Below are positions 50,371 to 64,000 of a stretch of 64,000 bases of DNA, piece after piece. This DNA is from the human T2T-CHM13v2.0 reference genome, Homo sapiens. Below the pieces are notes generated by a model. That model was not told the DNA's origin and did not search any database. It saw only the letters and a list, made by a program, of their open reading frames with translations. The number at the start of each line of letters is the position of its first letter. Position 1 is the first letter of the stretch. Made by a program: the position numbers and the translations under genes. The stretch lies in the NCBI RefSeq assembly GCF_009914755.1, contig NC_060935.1, one strand, 5' to 3'.

Positions 50371-52221
50371 TCTACATTTGAAAATATATTATTAATATTA
50401 CTAAATTGAAGGAAGAAAGCCATAAGATAATCTTGTTAGATACCAAAAGGTGTTTTGATAAAATTTAATATCCATTTATGATTTAAAAACATTTCTTAGT
50501 ACTTTCTTAAGTGATAAAAAATCTCCCTCTGAATTCAACAGCCTTCATCTTCAAGGATGCCTGCTATTACAATTTCTACTTCAACATTGTTCAAGAAGCT
50601 CTAGTTGATGCAGGATGAGCAAAAATATGAAATAAGATTTATTGTTTTTCATAGATAATACAATTATCTACCAGAGAAACCCAATCCCATTCAAAATACA
50701 AATAGTATTTTTTAAAAATTGAAAATTATTCTAACTTCTGGAAGAGTAAATGTGTGAAAATTGTCAAGAGCGTTTTGAAAAAGATGAGTATGGGGGTGTT
50801 TTTCCTTCCCTAGCTATTAAGCTGTGATACTGGTGCACAGATATATCAATGCAAGAGAAAAACAAGAAGGCCAGAAGATGATCAGTATATGATACGTTTG
50901 ATATTTCAAATAAATTGAGGACATTTTGGTTTATTTAATAAATAATATTAAGACAGAAGACATAATCTGATAATTAATAAAATCTTTCACTTCTTTGTGA
51001 GTGTAACCACTGTATGATTTCTGAGATCTGCCATATTGTTGGGGAGTATTTGCCAAGCCAACTTGGAACCACGCATTAGGGGGGTGATTCTAGAATCCTT
51101 TTGCTTTTTGAGAAGGGTGCATTAATTCTCTATCAATAATTTTTCAGTAATTACTTTACATAATTTGAGGCTGTATTGTTGAGTGCGTGTTTTCATGATA
51201 AATTTATCTTCTTGCTCTATTGTTCTTTTTCTATATGGCATATTTCTTATTCCATAAACCATTTTTTGCCTTGAATTCTATTTTGACCATATATTAAGAA
51301 GTTGTCACAACTTGTTGTTTATATTTGTCTTACATATCTTTCGTTACATTTTGAATTTTAATCCATTTGAATCTTTTTGTTCTAAAAGTTTCCTTTGTGC
51401 AATAAACATTGCTGAATCCTTTAAAAATGCAACCTGATAGCCTTGGTGTTTAAATTGTTGACTTGAACTAATTTGAAATTATTTTAAAGCCATCTAAGTA
51501 TTTATTATTGCCATCATTTTTCACATGGTGCATCCACTATACATTCTTGGGGTCTTTATTTTTGTGCTTTGCATTGAATAGAATAGATTCTCTTTGGCTA
51601 GTTTAAAAGTTATTTAGTATTTAAAATTTTTATGATGGTTGCCTTAACTTAAAAAAGACCCATGCTTGTGTTTATTTATTCCTATTAAACATGAGTTATA
51701 TATGCTATCCACCTATTCCAACTACCCAGCTTAGAAAATAAAACCTTAGGAAAGAAAAACCTTGATAGAAGCTACCTGTGTATCCCTCTTCATGACATTT
51801 CCTTCCCATCCCCACAAAATTAATCACTCTTTTGAATGTGATATTTACAATCCCTATACATGACTTTGTATTTTTACTATATGTGAATATATCTTTAACT
51901 TATGTATAGTATTGTTACATATGCTTTAATCTCAAAATAAATGGCATCACCTGATATGCATCCTTTGCAACTTACCTTATTTTACACTTACCATTATGTT
52001 TAAAATTTATCCAAAGTTGATACATATATTTATATTCAGTGCTGTGTAATGTATTGTGCATGTCCATTATACAAATGAACCACAATTAATTTATCTAAGG
52101 TATACGTTATTCAGTTTCAGCAACAGGAGGCTGCAACAGAGATGAGACAAACATCCTTTAAGATGATTTTGAGAAGACAGAGTGAAAATGATTACCAAAA
52201 TAAATTACTAAAAAGAAATAA

Positions 52222-52269
52222 CAAACCTGCACGTTGTGCACATGTACCCTAGAACTTAAAGTATAATAA
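52222..52269 (+). mobile_element. 48-bp L1PA 3' tip
   Basis: CAAACCTGCACGTTGTGCACATGTACCCTAGAACTTAAAGTATAATAA flanked by TSD AAAAAGAAATAA (52210-52221 and 52270-52281). Confidence 0.88.
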
Positions 52270-52394
52270 AAAAAGAAATAAGTAAATTTGTCAAGTTGGA
52301 CGATCATCAAATTTACTTAGAGCTCAACGGGAGGAAAAGCAAGCTGTGGCAGCAAAAATAATTTTATTTTATAAAGTTATAAAATAATTCTAGG

Positions 52395-52706
52395 GTGGCC
52401 TCTCTTTCTGGCTTGTAGATGGCTGCCTTCTCACTTTGTCTTCACCTGGCCTTCCACTCTGTGTGCACATGCATGAAGAGAGAGAGAAGGCTCTCTTGTG
52501 TCTCTTTCTCCTCTTATAAGGACACTAGTCCTATCAGATTAGGGCCCTACCCTTATGACCTTTTTAACCTTAATTACATCCTCAAAGGCCCTATCTCCAA
52601 ATGCCATTAGGTCTTGAGTTAGGTCTTCAACATATAAATTTGGGAGGAGATTGGGGGTTAGGTCTTCAACATATAAATTTGGGAGGACACAACTTAATCC
52701 ATAACA
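52395..52706 (-). mobile_element. MLT1A-type LTR fragment with an internal 39-bp-period duplication
   Basis: CTGGCTTGTAGATGGCTGCCTTCTC...TTATAAGGACACTAGTCCTATCAGATTAGGGCCC. Confidence 0.8.
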
Positions 52707-52936
52707 TCCCCAAATACTATGAATCACTGAATTATTGCCACAACACTACATAAAAGCAAACTTAATTTCAGTGGCTTATAATAACAAATACTTGTTTTTC
52801 TTGCTTATGGGTTTGTGGCTTGGTTTGGATGAAACTGATCTCAGCTAGTGTTGGTTGGGTATGGATCCAGGCTGTAGGCCAGGTTTAGGTCCACATGTCT
52901 TATTTTGGAGTCCAGATTAATAAGGCAAAGACTACT

Positions 52937-53305
52937 TCTATGATTTGAATATGTCTCTCAAATTTCATGTGTTGGAAACTTAGTCACCAGATTAATTTGT
53001 TGATTGGCAGTGGGGCCTTTGAGGGGAAATTAGGATTAGATAAGGTCATCAGTGTGGAGCACACATGATGGGACTGGTGACTTTATAAGAAGAGGAAGAG
53101 AGACCTGAGCTGACATACAATCTTGCCCTCTTACCATGTGATGCCCTTCCCCCATATTATAACATAGCAAAATGGCCCTCACCAGATGCTTGCAGGCACC
53201 ATTCTCTTGACTTCCTAGCCTGTAGAACTATGAAAAATAATTTTTTTCTTTATAAATTACCCAGTCTTTTGTATTTTATAATAGCAATGCAAAATGGACT
53301 AAGAT
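52937..53305 (+). mobile_element. MST (C/D-like) LTR inserted in an older MLT1 LTR
   Basis: CTATGATTTGAATATGTC..CAAATTTCATGTGTTGGAAACTTA...ATAAATTACCCAGTCT..GCAAAATGGACTAAGA. Confidence 0.75.
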
Positions 53306-54132
53306 AGATATCTAGGGCATGTTCTTTTCATGGTGATGGCAGAAGCACAAAAGCCCAAAAGCCAACCACGTAAACATATTTCAAGCGTCTGCTTGCACCA
53401 TGTCTACTATAGCCCATTTGCCAAAACAAACCACATGGTCAAGCCCAGAGTCATGAGGCAGAGAAGTCAACTTCTCTCCTTATGGCAACTTCTACCCATG
53501 GTGAACCAACCATTATATCATGGCAATAACAAGCGTTTCTAATACTATGATAGTATAGTGAAGAACTGGGAGCAATAATTCAGTCAGCCACAGCATATAT
53601 ACTGAGGATCTGATTGTTTGGGATGAGCATTAACTGGCATTAAAAGACATCCTTTCTCTGTAGTGTCCTAGGGGTTTGTAAGTAGTAAAGACTGATGATG
53701 CATCCACATCAAAACTCATTGTTTCTCCATTTTGTGCTTTGATTGCCGTATGCACTTCTTACATCTTTTCTTAGGTTCCTGATCCAGTGAACTCTATGTT
53801 TTATTTGAGGATTAAAATTAACCACACTCTTTTACTCTATGAACTCTGGGTCATTTGAGAAATATTCACAAGGTCTTTGTGTGAATTCAATATAGTATTA
53901 ACTTTATTATTGGTGAAGGTGTCCTGGACCCAAGACTGAAATAATCTTCCTGCTGTTTCTCCTCCTGATTTTGAAGTTACCTGTCCACTCACAGGTATCA
54001 AACCTGGAGAGGACCCTCCTGGTTTGCTTTGTTCACTGCATGGGAAGAAGAAGAAAAGCTGGTCAGAATTAATGACATGGAGGAGGAAGATGGGGTTAGA
54101 AGTGTGTCCAAATGAAAGAAATAGTCTGTGGA

Positions 54133-57305
<3,173 letters not shown>

Positions 57306-57489
57306 GTCTTGAGGCAGGAAACAGAGTTACTGACAAACTGATGGCCACTGCAGTCTTTAGGCTGTTGAACAATTTACTATCCAGATGTGATTGTTAAAGC
57401 TTAAGGCCCTTGGAGAATTTGGCATGAAGAAAAATAGGTCCAGAGGGAACCTAAGAGTTGACCACAAAAGTAAAAGAGAAGAAGACTTT

Positions 57490-58110
57490 ACTTCATTCAT
57501 TTACTCTTTCATTCAACAAACATTTATAGAGTGCTACCTTGTGCCAGGCACACTGTTCAGCATTTTGGGATACAGCAATTAACAAAATAACCATATCCCT
57601 GACCATGTGAATCTTATACTTAAGGCTGGGAGGGATACAAATAACAAAATAATATACAAAACATATAGTATACTAGAGGTAATAAATAGTAAGGAGAAAA
57701 AAATTAAGCAAAGAAGAGGGCTAGCGTATGTTGTTAGTGGGAGTGGAGTGCAATTTCAGAAAGAATGGTCAGGATAGGTGACATCTGAGAAATAACTGGA
57801 GGAGATGAGGGCCGTGGATGGAGGGTGTTCTTCACAGAGTACGAGTGGTGGTTGAGTGCTGGAAGACAGAAGTTGAGGAATAGTAAGAGGGCCAGTGTGC
57901 GGGAGAGTAGGAGATGAGGTCAGGCAGGTAATGGGGGTGGTGGTGAGAGGAGAGAAAGGGAAGATCAACTTGGCCTGCAATGCTTCAGGTGTTTGCTCAT
58001 GAGATGGGGAGTCACTGGGATGTTTTGAGCATAGGAGAGACACGGTGTGATCTATCTTTTACAGTCACAGTGGGTTATTGTGTTGAATACAGACTGAAGG
58101 AGAGAAGGGG
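57490..58110 (-). mobile_element. L2 fragment
   Basis: TTCATTCAACAAACATTTATAGAGTGCTACCTTGTGCCAGGCACACTG. Confidence 0.75.
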
Positions 58111-58399
58111 GCATAATTCTATATGGCCTGAGAAAATAGAGTCAGTGGGTAGAAGGAGCTGACTTTTCTAACCACTAGCTGACTAGTTAGCTAATAACTA
58201 ACCCTAATTAGCTGACTACCACCAGTGAAACTGGCTGCCAACTCACTTTGGGAGTTACACTCAGCAGCTTGTCACTGGTGGTCCCAAAGGATGCTATGGT
58301 TGTTGATGCTGGGTAATTCCTACCTTGAATAAGGAAGGCATCAGACTCTATGACATTCTGGATTCCTTCCAATACTGAGAGTCCTTGATTCTATAGCAT

Positions 58400-58550
58400 G
58401 TACCACCTCAATCTCCCCCACTAGAATGTAAGCCCATGAGCCCAGGGAGTTTTGTCTGCTCTGTTCAGTTCATTGCTCTATTCCTAGTGCCTAGAATAGT
58501 GCCTAGCATATAGCAGGCACTCAATAAGTATTTGTGAAGTATGTGAATGT
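58400..58550 (+). mobile_element. L2 3' end
   Basis: CCCCACTAGAATGTAAGCCCATGAG...AGTGCCTAGCATATAGCAGGCACTCAATAAGTATTTG. Confidence 0.8.
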
Positions 58551-59027
58551 CTCTGTTAAACCTATTGCTGGACCTTGAGCAAGACATTTCTCTGAACCTC
58601 ACAGAATAAAAAAGTTGGGTTGAATGGCATTGATGACCTTTCTAGGTTGGCCAGTCTGTGATCCCCATTTTAGGCTCTGAGCCATCTAAAGCAGGCTAAG
58701 GGGTGCATGAAGAGCTTCTTATATGGAGGAAGGGCAGGGATGGGTAAAGGCAAACCTGCATGAAGGAGGAGTACATGGGTAACTTCTGAGGCTGGAGACC
58801 AGGGCACCCTCTGAAAATAAATATGAATTGTTCTCTTTGACATGCACAAGGCCCTAATTCCAATAGGGGATGCTTCACTAGAAACTGAGGGTACAAGACA
58901 CTAGGGATCCATCCCAGGCATGTTGTCTTTGTGCTAAGTGAGTCAGATTGGTTGGTCAACAGAGTGCTTACAGGCCCCTGAAACTCTCCTGGGAAAAATA
59001 GCATAAATAGCAGCAGAGATTCCATTG

Positions 59028-59458
59028 AAGGGTATAGAAAATACATTTTTAATTTTGATAGAGTTCACAAATGACAGCATTGACATTTCTTTAAACAAAT
59101 ACTTCTGTCAAGGCACAGCATTACCATGTGTCCCCAGATGCCCAAGAGGCAGTGATTTCATGTCCCCCTGAGGTTTAGCAGAGCCACCAATGTCAATAGG
59201 GTGGCTGACGGGGCCTAGATTTGCTACCAGATAAGCCAATGAGACATGCTGTCAGATTTATGGTTACATAATCAAGTATTTAAAAAGATGCACAATAGGT
59301 AACTGCAATGAGCTTGTTCTGCATTTAGCAATAGTTCCTTTCAAACAAAGAAGATAGTTTTCAGTATCAAGAAGGATGCCTATATGTATGTCTTCCATGG
59401 AGCCTTTCCTACAAATTGCTTTCATTACACATTAAAAGGAGTTCAGCTTTATTGTGAC
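59028..59458 (-). other. CALCA: CALCA exon 6 (non-coding terminal exon of CGRP mRNA); 3' end approximate
   Basis: Acceptor TTTTCTTCCTCCTAG|GTCACAATAAAG at 59459/59458; ATTAAA near the far end. Confidence 0.85.
59048..59053 (-). terminator. Poly(A) signal ATTAAA for CGRP mRNA
   Basis: ATCAAAATTAAAAATGTATTTTTCTATACCCTTC on the minus strand, with a U-rich stretch downstream. Confidence 0.75.
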
Positions 59459-59489
59459 CTAGGAGGAAGAAAATAACAGCTAGAATTTA

Positions 59490-59710
59490 GTTACTGGTTA
59501 ATTGTCAGACTTAACATCTATTACCTCACTTGCTCTTTATAGTAATGCTTGGAGGTAGGTACTATTGTAGCCCTCAATTTACAGATGGAGAAACTGAGGC
59601 TTGGAGAGAGTTAAGTAACCTGTTCATGGTCATATAGCTGGTAAAGGGCAAATACAGTTCTTGAACTCAAGTCTGTACACTTAATTCAGAGGTACACAAC
59701 ATAGTAATGT
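59490..59710 (-). mobile_element. MIR in CALCA intron 5
   Basis: ATTTTACAGATGGAGAAACTGAGGCTTGGAGAGAGTTAAGTAACCTG. Confidence 0.85.
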
Positions 59711-60051
59711 ATACTCTAAAATGATAGTGTCATTATCTTTCAAACTCAAAGGCTAGAATAATCAAAATTATAAATGTCAAACAGCAGTGTTCTAAATAAA
59801 CAGGATCTGTATTTCTTGGTCTGATGATCTCAGGGTTACAAGGAGAGACTGAAAAAACAGAGATGAATCCAAATTCTAGGGTCTTAGCTACTGGAACTCA
59901 GATACTGGTGTGGGTACCTTCCCTTATGGATTTTTTAAAACCACATGGTCTCAGAGAGGCTCAGAGTGGTTTTACACCCCTGTAAAAACCAGTCATTCAT
60001 CTTCCCATCCCATCATACAAGGGCAGTCACCTTCTTGAGTCATTCAGCTGC

Positions 60052-60211
60052 TCAGGCTTGAAGGTCCCTGCGGCGCCTGCCAAAGGCTTTGGAACCCACA
60101 TTGGTGGGCACAAAGTTGTTCTTCACCACACCCCCTGATCTGCTCAGCAAGCCTGCCAGCCGATGAGTCACACAGGTGGCAGTGTCACAGGCTCTCTTCT
60201 GGGCAATGATT
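60052..60211 (-). CDS. CALCA: CALCA exon 5 coding part: alpha-CGRP (mature peptide 60192-60082, [37 protein letters not shown]-amide); exon extends to the donor at 60031
   Basis: Acceptor AAATCAG|AATC at 60212/60211; KR cleavage site; GRRRR amidation/cleavage signal; TGA; donor AAG|GTGACT at 60031/60030. Asp3, Val22 and Asn25 identify alpha- rather than beta-CGRP. Confidence 0.98.
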
Positions 60212-60638
60212 CTGATTTGCAGGATGGAGAAAGAAGAGAAGATCTGTGAGTGAGAGGCTGGGAGAGAGGTCAGCCCCATGGGACCTTCATGGTAAAGTTG
60301 CTGTGCTGAAAGGCACCAATTAACTTTAAGTGTTTCTCCTAAACACAATTATCAGAGCAGAAAATCACAAGGCCATTAGGGAAAATGCCATGATCACTCC
60401 CCATAGATATTCCCAGGGGTGTCAGAAAACCCAAGGTGACTCTGGATGACTGGCTATGGAATGTGGAGCAGTAACAGCCAATCTTTCCTGTATAAATTAA
60501 CTAAAAATCAAAGCGGAGGTTTATGACACTGGAGTGAATTATGGTCCCACACCCAGCCCCATTCACAAAGGACTATAAAATCTACACCCCAGTCACGGGC
60601 ACCAAATACCCTTTCTTAGGAAAATAAAAAATTCCTCA

Positions 60639-60662
60639 GTCTTACCTGGAAGAGGAGCGGAG
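60639..60662 (-). promoter_or_regulatory. Intron-4 processing enhancer core (pyrimidine tract plus pseudo 5' splice site)
   Basis: CTCCGCTCCTCTTCCAG|GTAAGAC about 200 nt downstream of the exon-4 poly(A) site; matches the established CT/CGRP intronic enhancer. Confidence 0.85.
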
Positions 60663-60873
60663 TTTGCAGCATCAAGTCCTAGAGGTGCTTACCTGCTCCT
60701 TAGGACCCCTGTTCTTCCTGCTTGAGCTTGGTCAAAGGGACCACCCACCATATCCTCTGTCCAGCTAGCCTAGGGTTAAGGCTATTTCTAAGCATAGGTC
60801 TTAGACACTATGAAGCCTGGGACATAGATCAGAGCAATGACCACCACAGCTCAGATCTTTGGGGAAAAATAAT

Positions 60874-60879
60874 TTTATT
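60874..60879 (-). terminator. Poly(A) signal AATAAA of calcitonin mRNA (exon 4 ends at about 60861)
   Basis: GGAATAAAATTATTTTTCCCCA followed by GU-rich TGTGGTGGTCATTG. Confidence 0.9.
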
Positions 60880-61155
60880 CCTCAAATGATCAGCACATTC
60901 AGAAGCAGGACAGAGGAGCTCTGATGACATCTCTGGGGGACTCAAAGCGGCCCTCATTTTCTGGTATTTTCCCAGGTGATTCTCTTCCAACCTGTGAGTC
61001 CTGCTCTCTTTCCTCCCATCTGAAGTTTGAGACATCCTCTGCCACAAGGAAAGCCACCAATACCAGCCCAAAGAGCCACCAGAGAGGAACCAAACCACAT
61101 GCATCAAGTTATAGGAAGGATGCAAGAAGGGAAATTAGGAAGGAAAGGGAGGAGT

Positions 61156-61354
61156 TTAGTTGGCATTCTGGGGCATGCTAACATGAGGGCGATGGTCTCT
61201 CTCCAAGTCGCTGGACATATCCCTTTTCTTTCCAGGTGCTCCAACCCCAATTGCAGTTTGGGGGAACGTGTGAAACTTGTTGAAGTCCTGCGTGTATGTG
61301 CCCAGCATGCAAGTACTCAGATTACCGCACCGCTTAGATCTGGGGCTGTCCAGG
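61156..61354 (-). CDS. CALCA: CALCA exon 4 coding part: calcitonin (61329-61234, [32 protein letters not shown]-amide) and katacalcin (61221-61159)
   Basis: Acceptor TTTTCCCTGCAG|C at 61355/61354; KR before the hormone and GKKR after it; TAA stop. Confidence 0.99.
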
Positions 61355-61389
61355 CTGCAGGGAAAACACATACCAGACAGTACCATGCA
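61306..61389 (-). promoter_or_regulatory. Regulated exon-4 3' splice site: RBFOX UGCAUG at 61389-61384 and 61311-61306, non-canonical U branch point (TACTGTC, U at 61377, -23)
   Basis: Motifs seen at -35 and +44 relative to the acceptor; they agree with the established neuronal exon-4 skipping mechanism. Confidence 0.85.
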
Positions 61390-62291
61390 CCAGAATCTGT
61401 CCCCATGGGCAGTCACTTAGAAGGTTAGACCAGGCAGGGGACCCTGGGAGCAGGAGGGGCAGGCAGGAGGGCAGCTCACTTATCTATCCTTCATTAGGAG
61501 AGCTCAGAGGTGCAGTGGGCTAGGGCAATGCAGGGAAGGGCTGGATGGGGAAGGATGATCTTTTCTGGCATTCCACATGCTGTTCAGTCCTTCATGCTTG
61601 ACAGAGGGGTTCTCAGGGCAGATGCAGGGGCAACACATGCCTCTGCCTGAGCAGTGCTGGGGCCAGGCCAGGGGCTGGTCTCTGCTCAGGCTCAAGGTAC
61701 ACAGGGATGTGGATCTGGGGAAGGGTGCTCTCCCTGGCCTCCTGACAACATGCACATCTCCACAGATGCCACACATTTAAAGGCTCAAACCTACCTCAGA
61801 CACTGCTCTACCCATCCCCATCCCCTGCAAGGGCCTCACCTTCACCTTGCAAATGTGAAATGAAAGCTCCTTGCAGGTGTGAAAGAATGTCGTATGCAGA
61901 TTAACAAGGTGGATCCAAATTTCTAAAACTTCCTGAGATGTACTATGTGTATCCCTGACTTCACCCTTACTAGTCTTAACTCATCCAGTGCTGGGAGGTC
62001 TCCCAGTACTGCAAGAACAATTCCCACAGTGAGCGATTCCACACCTCCCCATTTCATTTCCTAAGAACTTTCAGAAACGGAGCCTTTTGTTATGTCTAAC
62101 CACGGTACCTCCAGCTGCAGTGGGACCTCTGTCTCCCTTGGAGGCTGAGAACAGCTGGGCCCCAGGTCCCGGTGAACAACACAGCCTGTTGGATTCCTGG
62201 CCAGTGTGTTCTCTCCTACCTCTCGGGATCCACCTTCCTGTGTATGCTGCGGGGAGAGGAGGCCCTGTGCTGAGCGCTTGGGGAGCCTCAC

Positions 62292-62432
62292 CTGGAGCCC
62301 TCTCTCTCTTGCTCCTGCTCCAGCTCACTGGCCTTCATCTGCACATAGTCCTGCACCAGTGCAGCCAGCAGGAGGCGCGCTTCGTCCTCACTGAGCGTGG
62401 CCGGGTCTGCTGGGCTGCTCTCCAGGGCAGAC
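62292..62432 (-). CDS. CALCA: CALCA exon 3 (common N-terminal propeptide), 141 nt
   Basis: TCCACAG|GTCT acceptor, CCAG|GTGAG donor; [46 protein letters not shown]. Confidence 0.99.
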
Positions 62433-62613
62433 CTGTGGAGGGGAAGCAAACTCAGTGCAGGCTGTGAGCCCCTGCCTGCCCCTCCCCAGGATAAGCAGCC
62501 AGGCTTCCTGGTCTTTGCTTCTTCCCCTGAGGATGTGGCCAGCGGGAGTCCTAGGGGACAGGGCACAAGGCCAGTGTCCTCCTCAGGACCCAGGCACTGG
62601 TGTGGCCTCTAAG

Positions 62614-63403
<790 letters not shown>

Positions 63404-63463
63404 ACACTTAAGAGGCATGGAATTGTCTGATACCAGTGTGGTTCTGGCTTCAGGCTGTCTTAC

Positions 63464-63549
63464 CTGAATGGTGCTGCATGGAGGCTGCCTGCCTGCAACA
63501 GGACCAAGATGCTGAGAGCCAGGAAGGGGGAGAACTTTTGGAAGCCCAT
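63464..63549 (-). CDS. CALCA: CALCA exon 2 coding part (signal peptide [25 protein letters not shown] followed by APF); exon starts at about 63558
   Basis: CTTCCCTTGCAG|AGAGGTGTCATGG; ATG at 63549; donor TTCAG|GTAAGA at 63464/63463; 86 coding nt. Confidence 0.98.
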
Positions 63550-64000
63550 GACACCTCTCTGCAAGGGAAGAATGAGATAAACCACCTGCGCCAGTTCGAA
63601 GTTCTAGGAGCCCACAGACCTTGGCTCCTATCCTGGTTTTCTGTCTTGCTTCTAACGCTCTGGCTTTGTGGCTTCAGACTGGTCATTATATTTCTCTTCT
63701 TTTTTGTTTCCTCATCAGCACAGTGGACTTCTGGGAGGTTCAGTGGGCCTGTAGCATGCACAGTCTGATAGAGCTGGAGGAGCGATCCTAGAGGGAGAGC
63801 TGAGTGGGGGAGGTCTCAGTCCTACCCTTCTCCCCAAAGCCACACAGATACATATAAACCTGTTAGCCAGGTCTCTGTGGAGGACATGCTCCCAGGCCCC
63901 TGTCACAGAAGCTGATCCCATAAGGAAACCCAGAGCTGTCCTCCTCTTCTGGGGCTTTTGCATACACCTTGGTGGGAGGGGTGGGATCTATCCACAGAGA

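Noticed and set aside
52618-52687. 31-bp direct repeat with 8-bp spacer giving the peptide repeat LPNLYVEDLT
   Set aside because: Simple tandem duplication inside an MLT1A LTR; two copies only, not CRISPR-like and not coding.
60052-60211. Possibility that the gene is CALCB
   Set aside because: The peptide has the alpha-CGRP residues (D3, V22, N25) and an intact calcitonin exon 4 is present.

Overview
Human genomic DNA, recognisable as the calcitonin/CGRP locus (11p15.2 by established knowledge). The right end (about 59028-64000, minus strand) holds exons 2-6 of CALCA; exon 1 lies beyond the window. All splice junctions can be read, and both products reconstruct exactly: 141-aa preprocalcitonin (exons 2+3+4) and 128-aa prepro-alpha-CGRP (exons 2+3+5). 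The known processing elements are also present: the U branch point, RBFOX UGCAUG sites, the intron-4 pseudo-5'-splice-site enhancer and both poly(A) signals. The left end (1-644, plus strand) is the exon-3 region of the truncated calcitonin pseudogene (CALCP/CALC3), an inverted paralogue of CALCA 62010-62580. The ~58 kb between them shows no credible gene and is mostly transposon fossils: Alu, L1 (including a 3.2-kb L1PA2), L2, MIR, MaLR/ERVL/ERV1 LTRs, a near full-length Charlie3/MER1 hAT transposon, MER2, MER8, MER5 and MER63. Most notable by-eye observations: (i) at least five short copies of nearby unique DNA pasted into TE junctions, including a two-template composite at 45227-45398 and a 161-bp copy inside the Charlie3 end; (ii) a pseudogene frameshift that removes the intronic stop and is followed by an AATAAA absent from CALCA; (iii) an uninterrupted (GGAA)18 microsatellite. 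Repeat subfamily names and most repeat boundaries come from recalled consensus sequences and are approximate. No new biological system is proven.
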